Positions 50,325 to 63,607 of a DNA stretch of 64,000 nt are shown here, piece by piece. The DNA is from Camelus dromedarius (taxonomy: Eukaryota). Every line of letters begins with the position of its first letter. Position 1 is the stretch's first letter. A model generated the notes under the pieces. It made no database searches, was not told the origin of the DNA, and saw only the letters and a list, made by a program, of their open reading frames with translations. Location of the stretch: assembly GCF_036321535.1 (NCBI RefSeq), contig NC_087437.1, positions 61,940,001-62,004,000 of the forward strand, in the 5' to 3' direction. The position numbers were made by a program, and so were the translations under genes.

Positions 50325-50596
50325 AGCTCTCTGGAGAAGCCCATATCTCAATGAACCAAGGAATCCTCAGTTCAACAACTGTTAAGGAGCTGAATCCCAC
50401 CATCAACCAAGTGAGTCAGGGAGGAAGTGAGTCCTTCCTTGCAGAGCCTTAAGATGACTATGGCTTTGTGAGACCCAGAGCCAGGGACGCAGCTAAGCCA
50501 TGCTTGGACTCTGACCCACAGGAACTGTGAGCAAATAAATGTTTTAAGCCTCTAAGTTTTGAGGCAATTTGTTACACAGCAATAGTTAACTAAAAC
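50325..50596 (+). mobile_element. MaLR LTR 3' part (MLT1)
   Basis: cagctaagcca...gacccacaggaactgtgag...ttgttacacagcaatagttaactaa. Confidence 0.75.
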
Positions 50597-52839
50597 AGAG
50601 TTTGGTTTAGTTATTGGACTAGAAATTTCTTGAAAGATGTGACTATTTATTCAGTGCTTGTCAGATGAATTTTTTTTTAATCTCTAGATGAATCAGAAGT
50701 TTTAATCTTTTTTTGTGTCTGCTTATATTTGGGCGGTGGGGGGTGGGGGGTTGGTAGTTTGGGAACACTACATAAGGCGGCTGCTAACCAGGTGCTACTT
50801 TAAATGTAATGTCTGTCTCTCAGCCTTGCCTCTCAGTCCTAATCCTTCCATCTCATTTAATTGACCCTCCCAGTGGTTGTGATAATGTGAATAGAGTGAG
50901 TTTCCTAAACAAGTGATCACTTTCCACCCTGTGTCAGATGCTTATTTCAAGGCAGAGAGGGGGAAATTATTATTGGTAACAATGACTTCTTGATTAGGAA
51001 TTTGAATGCTGCTCTTTTTTTAAAGCATTAACCTGTAGTTAACAATCATAGGTTATTGTTACAGAGTAAGCTGCTTGGATAGTTCCCTCTTCATTTAAGA
51101 TGAACATCCCTAGAAGTGTGCAGTCCATAGGGAACAATCTTCCCAGTCTAAATGATGCATCATAGAGGGGACTTTTCTAGAGCCACTGATGATGCCAGCT
51201 CCCAGGTTGCCAGCATTTAATCCCTCACTTTGAATCTCAGCTAGAGAATGTGATAAACATAAGCAATTCAACACTTTAACTATTGGGTCCAGGCATCTGA
51301 TTTTTCCACATGCACATTGATACAGGCAGTACCTATACTGAGACATAGTGAATTCCTTTCATTGGAAAGCTGACTAAGCCTCAAAGTAAAAAATTCCTTA
51401 TTGTACCAGTCAGAGGCTCTGGGAGAACCCCTAGGCTCTGCCAAGTCACATGTTCAGCAGCCGGGCTGACGGGAAAACTAAAAAGCAACAGATGTGAACG
51501 CTTCCCTTTATACCTGGGCTGCTTCTAGGGGAATGATGTGGGAGCCCAGGAGAAAGATGGTTGGGTCAGAATCTTTTCACTCAGTCCCACATTCCATATT
51601 CCAAGAAAGGATTTTTACCTTCCACGGGATGAGTCCAGGGCCCTGGAGATTGGGAGAGTGCAGCTGCTTGGCTTTTTTTGCTCAAATTTGTGTGCTTCTC
51701 CAGCAGATGATTGCTAACACTGGCAGGGCTGGACATGCCTAGGTCTAATTTTTTGAGGTCCAAAAAAAAGATTTTTTTTTTCTAAGTTGCTTTCTCTGAG
51801 GAGAAGGACTTGGCGATTCGTCACCCAGCTGGGCAGGGTTCTATGATTGGTTAAACTGGAATTATGCAAGCATATGGGGGGTCAGGCTTGAGACCTGGGG
51901 CACAGGAAGTGGATATGAGAGGGGCCCTCCCTGGGGGGAAATCAGTACCATTAGTATGAGGGAACCCCTGAGTTGGGGGAGGCAGCTCAGAGGGCTGCTT
52001 CCATGATGCTCAGGCTGAAGGGGGTGCAGTGGGGAGATCTCTTGATTGAAAGCATTTACACTGGTTATTTAGAGACAGATTTAGGGATCGTATAGACTGA
52101 GCTATCTTGGCATGCTCCCCGCTAGGCGAACGTTGTCCAGAAGGTCTTCCTCTGCTAGTACTGGAGCATTTCTGTGAAGCTCTGGGGAAACCAGACTCTG
52201 GAATATAAATGTTTTCCTTGTTTATTTTTAAGTAAAAGTGATAGTCTCTGGCGTTCTCTCTGATTAGCATTTGATTGACCGAGTCACTCATTCATCCAGT
52301 GAATACATTTCTTGAGCACGCCCTCCACGCCAGATGTTGTTCTAGGATTTGAGGTCACACGGGTGTGGAGGACCCCTGAGACCCGTGCCTCCACGCGGTT
52401 TGCCTTCGTGTGGGGCTGCTGTGGACCCAGCACCACCCGAAAGGACGAGTCTGCTGGCTCATCAGCTCCTGCGGGCAGTTTTATCCCAGTCGTCAGCATG
52501 GTTGTGATTTTCCCAGTGGGGAGCTATTCTTGACTCTAAACAGCTGTGAATCAGCATGTCAAAAGCCTCCTGAAAGGAACGCTTTCTTGTCTGAGACTGT
52601 GGAAGCTTCAGAGAAATATGTTTTTGTCCAGGCCTGGGCAAGCTGTGTGTTGGCAAGGAGCATCCAAGAGAAACTCTTGCGACACCTGTAGGTGAGTTTA
52701 GCCTGAACATAACCCCCGCCATTTTGTCATTAGTGATGTAAAAATGTCCCTCACCCTCCACCATCATAGTGGGTCTAGTGGACCTGAGGCACGAGGTCCT
52801 CTGAGAATCAAGACCACAGATATAAAGAATTCATCCATT

Positions 52840-52955
52840 TCTTTCTTTCTCTTTTTTTAATTTCTTTTTAATGGAGGTACTGGGGATTGAACCCAGGATC
52901 TCATGCATGCTAAGTATGCACTCCACCACTGAGATATACCCAACCCCCCAACCCT
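52840..52955 (-). mobile_element. tRNA-derived camelid SINE (Vic-type)
   Basis: atggaggtactggggattgaacccaggatctcatgcatgctaag...ccactgagatatacc; tccattt on both flanks. Confidence 0.9.
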
Positions 52956-55900
52956 GTCCATTTATTTCGGAGTGGCATTTTGTGATATGCTAGCACTGTT
53001 AAGCTTCTAGAATCTTAGTAAATTGGCTTGTTCTAAAATGATGTCTGTGAGGAACATGGTTACAAATGGCAATTCTCAGACCTTCGAGAGCAGAGCATCT
53101 CACCTCTCGCTGCACATTAGAATGACCCAGAGAATTAAAAAAGTGACCGATGCCTGAACCCAATCCCAGCCCAACTGGGGAACCCTGCTGCAGACTGCTC
53201 TGGACAGGAGGCAGGCCAGTCTGCCAGGGAGCAAAGGGAAGGGAAACAGGCTGCTTGCAGAGGGACTTTCAGGCTCACCAGGAAATTGGTCAATAGGTCT
53301 AAATTTCAAAAGCCAATTTCCAAAGTTCAGGCCACCTTTCTTGTGGCTAGAAACCTTTAAAATTGTAAAAGCAAATTTTTATTTCCAAAGCAGCTTTGAA
53401 GTTTGAAATATAAAGCTGGCAAGCTGTGTCATCCTATAGAAGGGAGTATTTTAAATGCCTGGAGAGCGTGTCAGAATTTCAAAGGGTAATAATAATAGGT
53501 GAAATCTGACTGATGTCTAGAGCCAAGCCAGCAGCAAGGTTTAACAGGATCATAGTCACCAAAAGCCCCCGGGCCCTCCCTCTTTTTTTTCCATGGAAAT
53601 AGACAGTTGGAAGGCCAGCCCTCACCCGGCACAAGAATCTTGTGTGGAACATTTCTGCTAGGGGGAACATCTCTGCTAGAACAATTTAGATGAAGAAACA
53701 CCATTTTCTAGAAGAGTCTGCACCACTTTAGTATAGCTGGGTTACTGGAAGAAAGGTATATTGTTGGGTTGGGCTGAAAACAGCAAATGTATCTCATCTG
53801 TCTCTATGACTGCCTTGTCCACTCCCCAAGCCCTCTCTTCTCTGGCCCAGGTCCTCAATTTCTCTGACTATTCTGGGTGTAAGATGGTTTCTAGAGCCCT
53901 CGCCACTTGGTTGTTCTCTCAAGTCTGTCACTTTGCTTCTTAAAATATGACACCCAGAACTAAAGACTGGGTATGAGGTATCGGATGCATCAAGGACTAT
54001 GGCAAGATTCAGACACCAGACCACCAGAGGCCAGCCTCTCTGTAATTAGAAGAGGAGGCTGGGCCCAGGCTGGGTCAGCGTGGGGACTTGGGCATAGTCT
54101 GAGATAGTCCTGGGAGAGGCACAAATCTTGGGTGACCATCACTGCGTGATCCGAGAAGCCTGGACAGGATTTAGAACCAATTTGTGACCAAGGATTAGAC
54201 ACAAATGCTACTTTGTAATTTTAGTACAATGACTCCTTTAATTTTCTTTATTACACATCTTGAAAATGTGTGGTCTTCTCTGTGTGTTTTCTTTGTAGTA
54301 CAGGAAAGAGGGAGGTCACAGATGGAAAAGAATGAAAAGCAAGGTAGGAAAGTGCTCCCCGTGCCCTGGGCAGGAAGAACCCTGTTGGCGCTCTGGCACG
54401 TAGGCTGAGAAGTCAGAGGGTCTGATGTCAAAGAAAAGTGATGTGGGAGGACTGGGTGGTCCCCAAAAGTGAGCGGAATAATCTGGAAGGCAGAGAGGGA
54501 TTGAGACCAACAGTGGATATTGGTGTTAGTGCCCTGCTCCCCTACTGAGGACACTGGGAAGCTCAGGGTTCTAGGAGAGCACGGAGGAGGCCGAGGCAGT
54601 GCCCCAAATATAGTCATCAAAAGCCACTCCTCTTGGAGAAGGAAGAAGACAGTTGTCTCAGCAAACTCGCACACCTGTTTCTGTCTTGCGTCAGAGTCTA
54701 GGCTTTAAAGAATGCTCTAAAGAACGTCTTGTCTTGGAGAGAGACAAATTCAGGGAGATTTCCAAGGCTAGGAGACCAGAGGCAGCTTTGCCCTTCAGAA
54801 GGTGAAGGCCACTTGGAGAGCTGGCAGTCTGGAGGTGAGGCTAAAAGCAAGTGCACTGCTTCCTCACGTTGGAGCCAGAAAGAGGAATTGTAATTAGAAG
54901 TGATGTAATCACCCTGCTTGCTTGTACTTTCTCCAGTTGTAATAGTTGAACCTGGAGATTCTCCCTCTGCAGTGAAGATGTTCTGTGACTCATTAACAGA
55001 ATGGGCTCGTTTCAGAAAAAAACTTGGGGAAGGGCCAAGATCTCAGGTGGTCACGGGGTTGGGACCTTCCTACAGGAGGGAGGCTTCCAAACCTATGTCA
55101 ACAGCAGCCCAGGCAGCAGCCACTAGATCTTTTGTCATTTGGTTTGTTCAGTTCTCAGCACATCAGTATATACAATAACTTCATAGTAAAAGGCTTTCTG
55201 ATTTTTGTGGGTGGTGGATGGATGATAAGACCACTTCTGATCTGATTTTCTCCTTCTAATTTCATCATCTTCCTGGAAATAATCTCCTGAAATACAAAGT
55301 AGAGATGATGGACAATTAAGTACAAAAACTGGGAGGGGAGTTTTCCTTGCCTGAAATATCTGGATTCTTGAGTTCTGTCATGGCTTGCCTGACACCTGAA
55401 ACAATGTGACGTTACGGTGATTGGGAACAAATACACAGAACTTCCCGAAAGGATATTTTCCTGTGCGGTAAGAAGCAGCCTATTATTGGTTCTATCTCTT
55501 TAAACTGGACAGTCAGCATTTAGTCTGCGTGGGTCCTCACAGGTTTGGGAATGGAACCTGTCAAAATGAATGTCAGCCTGTAAGGAATCACGCTGCTTGA
55601 AGAGGAATTTAAATGTTCTGAACATGTGCAACTATTCAGAGTTGTGGAATGAGAAATGTGTTTGTTCATCCATTCATATATTCATTGACTTAACAAATAT
55701 TTAGCTGGGGCCGTCTCTGTGTCCACACTGTCTATTTGGCTTTCCAGGTGAGAAGCTGCTCTCTGTAGGTTCCAACCCTATAGGGTAGGCAGTGCATACT
55801 CACTAATACCCTCCAGGTGGCCAGGTGGCCCCAGGCGGCAGAACACTAGTCAGACCCATGAAGCATCACTCTTACCTGTTGTAAGATCCCGGCAGCCTAT

Positions 55901-56321
55901 ACATTTGGAAACAGGGAGTTTTGGAGGCAGGTGATCTCACCTGCGTGGCTGGAATTGAGGTCACCTGAATCTGTGTTTGTCAACTTTCCTACTCTCTGTG
56001 TTACAGTATGCCTCTTTACTCGCTGTCTTCCCCTGCCCTCTTGTTCCAAAGAAAGTGCCCAAGGCTGACCTCATCAGCATCTGGTCTCTCTCTTCCCTCC
56101 TGATTTTTTCTTGCTGTCCACAAACCTACATAGTACTTCCCCTCTTGCACAGATCATCTTTCTATTCTGCTCCTCCTCAAACTACCATCATTTTCCTGAT
56201 TTCCCGTGACCACTAACCTTCTCACATGGTCTTTCCTCTTCTCTGTTCACTCTCCCCTCTCCCTGTGAACTCCCTACAGCCCGCTAGGTGAAACTAACTG
56301 CACAGGTGACCAGTGACCTCT

Positions 56322-56757
56322 ATGGTAGAGAGTTGTGTCCCAGTATCTGTCTTCGTTTTCTTCCTTTAGAAATAGAACCCATCAGTTTTAGGCAAGGACC
56401 AGACTGCCCAGCTACCAAATGCATTTTCCAGATTCCCTTGCAGCTAGGTGTTGCCATGTGTGTAACTTCTGGGACCATCCTCTTGATAAGAAGAGCCATT
56501 TTTCCATGAAGCTTTTAACCTTCATCCTGCCTATAAGGTGGAAGGATGACAGGAATAGTCGTTTTAGATGTGAAACAGAAATCTCACGCTCAAGATGGCA
56601 GTGCACCGAGACAGAAGGAGCAAGGGTCTCCCAACAAGACAGTGTGGCCATGTTAGCCCAGAACTGCTTATGCTGGGCTGTTACATGAAGGGAAATACGC
56701 TTCACACTGTTATTTTGGCCTTTATTGCAGCAGCCAACTCTGTGTTCTTATAGAATA
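56322..56757 (+). mobile_element. Old MaLR LTR (MLT1) inside L2 (approx. 56000-57110)
   Basis: gcattttccagattcccttgcagctaggtg...tattgcagcagccaac; L2-like sequence on both sides. Confidence 0.65.
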
Positions 56758-57117
56758 ACCCACATCTTATCAACACAAGCTTCAAGTGCCTGTTCCAATG
56801 TCCGTTTCTCAGGCCCCACTCTTCTTCATCTCTCTGCAGCGCTGGGCACTGTGGATAACCTTTCTTCCTGAAGCTTCCTCCTCCTTGTGCTCCCCAGTCC
56901 AGATTCCCTTCCCACCTCTCTGATTGTTCCTTCTTTGTCTACCTTGGCGGCTTTCCCTTCTCTACCCCTGCTCTAACCATGCTTTCTCCACTGCCATTCT
57001 TCTCTACCTTCAGTGCCCTCCTTTGGTAAGCTGATCCCAAATGCCGGCTTCAGACCTGTCCTCAGACCTTTCTAGTACTGCCTTGTCCTGTCTCCTGGAT
57101 GGGTGCAGATACTCAGC

Positions 57118-57385
57118 ACATAGCAGCACGGCGGGACAGTTAAGAGCACAGACTCTGGACTGAGACTTTTCTGTTTGAATCCCAGCTCTGCCACTTATTC
57201 ACTGTGGGATCTTGGGCAAGTCACTTGGTCTCTCTCTGCCATAGTTTCCTCCAGGACAAAGGGAAGATAATAAGAGTACTTATCTCAAAGGGTTATCGTG
57301 AGGATTCAATGGGTTAAAAGTTGCACAGCACTTAGAGCAGAGCCTGGCACCTGGACAGTGCTATGTAAGTGTTAACTTTTGTTGT
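57118..57385 (+). mobile_element. Near full-length MIR
   Basis: gttaagagcacagactctgga...gaatcccagctctgccactta...ttgggcaagtcactt...gcctggcac. Confidence 0.9.
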
Positions 57386-59364
57386 TGTTGGCATCACACC
57401 TGAGGACACAGGTCCCAGTCCCTGACCAAGCTGCGGCTGGTCCAGACATTACCTCAGAGTCATAGTCACTTCATGGTGCTTTGGTGGCTAGAAATGTGAT
57501 TGGATTTCTCTGCTTGCCTGGATTCCCTATCTCCTCCCTGCTTTGGTTCTGGCAATTACAATACAGTTTTATTCCCCTTGTGTCAATGACTTTTAACACC
57601 AGTCTCCAGTCCGGCCCCTTCACTGCTGCCTCTTAAATAATCCATGGCTGTGGCACCTGGAACCCATCCTTCATATCACTGTCAAAGCTGCCTGTGTGGG
57701 TTTTGCTTCGTTGTTGGAATCATATGGGGCTGATTCATTGTGAGAATTCCCATCCACTACTGAGCGTTTTCATTGGGAAGTTTGTTTTTCCTTCTCTCAG
57801 ATAATTATGGTGTCAGACTTGTGTGGATTAGTTAGGGAGACTCAACTCCAGAATCAGACTGATCCTCATTACAAATCCAAGCTACGCCACGAGCATTGGG
57901 GAAATTACTTAACTATTCAGAGTATGTTAAGTGAAATTGGTTACATTCAGATAATGCACACAGGGAACTTGGACATAGGAGGCAGTCAATACATTTTTTT
58001 TCCCTCTTATTTTAAAAGTAATGCTTGTTCTATTTATTTTATTTATATTTTTGCATTTATTTTCCTGTTAACCTTATATAAGAGGCTGGGGAGGATTTGA
58101 AACTGCTTGTACCTTTCTCTGCAGGGGAAGCTTGCTACTAGTGGGTTTGCTAGCAGTGCAATAACTAAAAAAATCTAACATTAAATGAATGGATTTATAT
58201 CAGGCTGATTCAAGATATGAGTTTAAGTGGCTTTTAATAAAGATTGGCTTGCTTCCTTCCCCAGCTATGCTGTGCGGAACAAGGGGTAGTCAGTTTTTCA
58301 TCTGACTAGACACAGAGCTAGCCCAGAAAGAGCTTGACTTTGTTGTTGGTTTTTTCAAACAGGAATTGTTACTGAAAGGTAGGTCATTGTGATCTATCTC
58401 TGGTCATTTATGCTTCTGAAGTCCTGTAACTGATAGTGGTGGAGAAAATAAATAGTTGTCTATATGCCTCTAGAAAAGAAACAAACAAACAAACAAAAAC
58501 CCCCAAATAAGCATAGAGCTAAAAGAAATCAAGTAAGTTCTTGGTTCTCTCTCCAAGTAAGACCTTGACTCCATCAATAAAAATAAGCTAGCTTCTCCAA
58601 TATTGGCAGTGGAAGAGGGCTCCAAATATTACATGGGATACACTTAAACTAAAAATGTATGTATTGTTTACCTGAAATTTACATTTAACTGGGAACCCTC
58701 TGGCAACCATAGCTCAGAGAGCAAGGGAGAGCAGTGGGGGTGATGGGTTCCATGTGAGAAGAGGGGAGAGCAGGACAGTGTCCACTTGGTAAAACAAACA
58801 GAATTCTTGTGGACAGACGAGCTGAGTACATGAAGCAATATACGTGCTTCCTGGGTTCGAGTCGAAGACGCTGTGCCATCGAGGGCTGGTGGGGCTTGTT
58901 TTTCTTTCTTTTCCTGCTTTGGAGAGTGTGCCTGATGGAGGTCTCTATCCACCCTACTGTTCTCAGAGAGTGAGACTTGTCACTCCAACCTGAAACTGTT
59001 CTTTTAAGAGCCTTCTGAGAAACGGAACGTTGAGGGGAAAAAAGAAGAGAGATGCAGTGAATGCCTAAAGTGTAACCTAATCTGGGCCAAATGTAGCCCA
59101 CAGCATCCTAAAAATGAGACACGTGGGCACCTCCAGCCTCTAATTACACAGTGAGGATGACGCAGATTGGCTGCAGCTCTGTGTTGCTAGAGCGTACAAA
59201 ACCAGACGTTTCTTTTCTTATGGGAAAGGGAGAAGCAGTCACTTTGGTGTTGGTGGGGTGGAGAGAAGGCATGCATTTAATTCTTCTCGGTATGAACATG
59301 TTGTTTATTTCTACCCACCTAATGCAGTTTCTGTGAGATTTAAAGCATCCAAAATGGTCCATAT

Positions 59365-60160
59365 GTAAAAAAAAAAAAATCAAAACAAAGGAGCTCAACA
59401 TTGCTAGTTATTAGGGTAAATGCAAATTTAAAACACAATAAATTACCAAAACCTACTTTCTAGAATAACTAAAATTAAATTACTAAACCAAACAAAAACT
59501 GACAACATCACGTGCTAGCCAGGTTGTAGATCAACAATGCAAAATGATATAATCACTTTGGAAAACAGCCTGGCAGTTTCTTACAAAGTTAAAAATACAT
59601 TTACCATAACACCTAGAAATCTCACTCCTGGTATTAAACATATTTGTTCTAAGAGAAATAAAAACGCATGTCCACAGAAAGACCTGTACACTAATGTTTA
59701 TAGCAGCTGTATTCATAATAGTTGGAAAACTGGAAACAGCAGAAAGTCCATCATCTGGTAAATGGATGAACAAACTGTGGCACATCCAAACAGTGGAATA
59801 TTAGTCAGCAGTAACAAGGAACAAGGCTACTGATGTGTGCAGAGACACAGATGAATCACAAAAGTGTTATTATGTAAGTGAATGAAAGAAATGAGACTAA
59901 AAGGCTACATGTTCTGTGGTTCCATTTATATGATGTTTTGAAAGAGGCAAAAAACCCAATAGGGACAGAAAGATCAGTGGGGTGTACAAAGGGGAATTTG
60001 TACAAAGGGGTAAGACGAACCTAGGGGGTAATGAAACTGATATCGTGATTGTGGTGGTAGTTACACAATTGTGTACATTTGTCAAAACTCATTGAACTGT
60101 GCACTTAAAAAGGGTGATTTTTACCCTATGTAAATTAACTCAATAAACCTGACTTAAAAA
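59365..60160 (+). mobile_element. L1 (L1MB/MC-like) 3' region
   Basis: cactttggaaaacag, aatggatgaacaaactgtgg, gtcaaaactcattgaactgt...caataaa. Confidence 0.85.
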
Positions 60161-60199
60161 AACCCTGAGGTATTATTTTTATTAGGATATCATTAACAA

Positions 60200-60445
60200 C
60201 TATGTTAATGTGAGCTAATAACAGGATGTTTAATATGTGCCAGTCACTGTACCATACATTATATGTATATTGGATGATTTTAAATATCTCTATAAAATGA
60301 TTATACATACATATATTTATTAGAGTGATTATTAGCTGAGGAAACTAAGGCTCAGAGAAGTTAAGAAACTTGCTCAAGTTCACAGAGGATGTAAGTGGGA
60401 GAGATGAGATTTGAATCCTGCTGTGCCTGATTCCAGAGCCTTCAC
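60200..60445 (-). mobile_element. MIR SINE
   Basis: tgaggaaactaaggctcagagaagttaag...agatttgaatcc...tccagagcc. Confidence 0.8.
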
Positions 60446-60496
60446 GTCTTGCTGCCCTAGTTCAAGGTGTCAGCATAGTCAGCTCATATGTCTAGT

Positions 60497-60704
60497 CAGG
60501 GTTTCTCATCCTCAGCACAATTAACATTTGGGGCTGGATACGTTTTTGTTTTGGGGGGTTGTCCTGTGCATTGTACAATGTTTAGCATGTCCCTGGCCCT
60601 TACCCACTAAATGCCAGTGGTGCACCCTTCAGTTGTGACAACCAAAAAATCTCTAGATATTGCCAAATATAACCAAAGTCCCCCCAACCCTATTAGAAAC
60701 ACTG
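60497..60704. mobile_element. MER20 hAT-Charlie element
   Basis: cagggtttctca...gtcctgtgcattgta...gttgtgacaaccaaaaa...attgccaaat...gaaacactg. Confidence 0.85.
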
Positions 60705-61278
60705 AGATTTCGAGGAGACTGTCTCAAAGAAAGACCCACATGGAAACACTGTGAATACTGGACATCCAAAGATACTTAGCATATTTGGGTAGCTGGGGCT
60801 CTGACTTAACTGCAGCATTTGGGTAGTGGGTGAATCATCAGAAGTTAATTAACTCGACATAAAACTCAGGTGCAGAAATATATACGCACATGAACCTAGA
60901 AATTACCTTTGTGACAGAGGGGTCTCAGCATCCAGGATGGTGCTGGCTGTCCTTGGGAACTGCCTCTGCTTTGAAATCTCGACCTGTGTCAAGTCTTCAT
61001 CTTTCAGAAACAACTAGCAGGTACCAAAAGTGGACAACATGTTGGGCAAACAAATTAGGTGATTATATTATGTTTTGTCTCAAAAAGCAGATGTGACCAC
61101 AAAGTCATAAGATTGGTATTTTTCTGCAAAGTTTAGTCAATGACTGTTGTGTGTTTGGTGATTTTGGTAAACAAATAATACAGTAATAATACTAGCTACC
61201 AGTCACTAAGAGCTTATGATGTACTTACGATGTACTTTGAAATATTCATTTCTTTGAATCATTATAAGAACTCTGTGA

Positions 61279-62446
61279 CCTATCACCATATATAAAAATT
61301 AACTCAAAGTGGATCAACAACCTAAATGTAAGAGCTAAAACATATAGCTTTATAGATAAAACTGTTAGAAACATAGTTGTAAATTCTTGTGACCATGGAT
61401 TAGGCAATGTTTTTAGAAATATGACACCAAAAGCACATGCAATTAAAAAATAATAAATTGGACTTCATTGAAATTAAAAGCTTTCATGCTTCAAAGAACA
61501 CTATCAAGAAAGTGAACAATCACCGAATGAAAGAATATAGCTGCAAACCACATACCTGATCAGGGATTAATATACAGAACACGTTAAGAACTCTTACAAA
61601 ACAACAATAAAAAGATAAATAACCTGATTTTAAAATGGGCGAAGTAAATACACGTTTCTCCAAAGAAGATATACAAATGGCTAATAAGCATGTGAAAAGA
61701 TGCTCAACAGCATTAGCCATCAGGGACATGCAAACCAAAACCACTGTGAGATACCACTTCACACCCAATAGGATGTGATAAAAAAGACAGACAATACCAA
61801 GTGTTGGCAAGGAAATGGAGTAACTGGAACCCTCATACATTGTTGATGGGAATGTAAAATAGTGCAGCTGCTGTAGAAAAATTTGGCAGTTCCTCAGAAA
61901 GTTAAGCATAGAGTTACCATATGACTCAGCAATTCCACTCCTAGACATGCATGCAAGAGAAATGAAAACATATGCCCACAACAAAAACTTGTGCAGGAAT
62001 GTTTATAGCAACAGTATTCATAATGGCAAAAAAATGCAGACAGCTCAAATGTCTGTCAACTGATGAATGGATAAACAAATTGTGATACCCTCATCCAAAG
62101 GACTATCATTCAGCCACAAAAAAAGGAATAAAGTACTGTTACATGGTATAACATGGATGAACCTTGAAAATATTGTATGATTCCATTTAGATGAAATTTT
62201 CAGAATAGCCAAATACATGGAGGCAGAGAGTAGGCTAGTGGTCACCCAAGACTGGAAAGAAGAAGGGAGAGTAGGGAGTGACTGCTTATGGGTTTGGGAC
62301 TTCTTCATGGGGTGATGAAATGTTCTAGATTAGATAGTGGTGGTGGTTGCCCAACTGTGTGAACATACTAAATAAAAAACACTGAATTGTACACTTTAAA
62401 AGGGTAAATTTTGTGGTGAGTGAACTGTATCTCAATTTTTTAAAAG
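61279..62446 (+). mobile_element. L1MB-like element inserted in a MIR
   Basis: ORF2 end + 3' UTR motifs; TSD gaactctgtga at 61268-61278 and 62447-62457. Confidence 0.88.
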
Positions 62447-63607
62447 GAACTCTGTGAAGTGATTACTATTATTACCTCTATTTTATATAAAAGAAAACTC
62501 ATGTTCAGAGACAATAAGTTATTTTAAGAGGCTGAATAAATATGAAAATCCCCTTTTGCACCTCCAAACCCTTAGCAGTTTGGTGCATTTGCTTCTAGTC
62601 CTTTTCCTATGCGGTCACGAGTATGTATGTGAAAGAGAGATATAAATATAATATAAATCATGTTATACCTTTTGTCCTGGACTTTGCTGGCTGTTTTATT
62701 TTACACTTTACTTTAGAGATCAGTCTATGCATATATATGTAGGGAGAGCCAGGAACGGAGAGACAGAGAGAGAGAATGAGAGGAAGAAGTTCCTTACGAA
62801 TGCACCGTAATTTATTAAATCATTTCCCCTATCAATGGATATTTCAGTCCATCCGTTCTGTAAACAATGTGTTTATTCCCCAGAGTTCCATCCTTGCTGG
62901 TCTCCCCACTCTCCCTGGATTATCTCTCCACTCTCATATCATGCCCTATCCAATGGTGCCAACTCAGTACCTTCATTAGACTTAGACAAGAGGGTCCTGC
63001 CCTAGATCATGTTCTTTGGAGGTCCCTACATATGCAAACATATACAATGTAAAGTAATTGAGGACTACCTGGGCAACTTTGTCATCCAGGATCCAGCACT
63101 CAGCACAGGTGTAGTGTGACCTATATTTTAAACATCTACTAACACCATTCAGGTCCCAGGGGAACACTTCTCCGCATCTCTTACTCTGTGTCCCTAAAAC
63201 AAAAGGCAGCCTCTTCTCAATTCATTCTCCCGACATTGGAGATGGATGCTGCTTCTGAGTTTGGAGAGGATTTGAGCAGGGTAAATATTTAGACAATTCA
63301 CTGGACAAATCCTTCTTCTCAGACTACATGAAATTAGTCTTTAGATTAGATTATTGCATAACAAAGTATTTCCCAGTAGTGCTGAACATCCATTTTCTTG
63401 CTTCTCTTCATATTCTAAATCGTGATTCTTCTGTTACTCACAATAGTTGCATAGGAAGGAGGAGGAACATTTCACAATATTATTATTTAAAGTTGTATAT
63501 CCTTTTATTCAGTATATCATAGTATTTTGAATTTGTATGTTTGTAGGTCTAGGTATAACCTATGTGAAGCTATGAAAATAACCAACTCTTTACATTGGCA
63601 ACCTGAT

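Larger units (their letters stand above)
51033..63193 (-). pseudogene. Putative decayed multi-exon gene or spliced lncRNA (unidentified)
   Basis: About seven minus-strand segments in non-repeat DNA bounded by pyrimidine-tract/AG acceptors and GT donors. The two most 5' ones are open and phase-compatible; later ones have stops or frameshifts. No homologue recognised. Confidence 0.35.

Noticed and set aside
35600..55000. Scattered TGA(C/G)TCA AP-1 heptamers
   Set aside because: Short motif, several copies inside repeats, and no tight clustering to distinguish it from background.
55876..56283. Additional minus-strand exon candidate (strong CAG|gtaag donor at 55875)
   Set aside because: The upstream purine-rich part looks like antisense L2 and has no convincing acceptor; left out of the exon chain.
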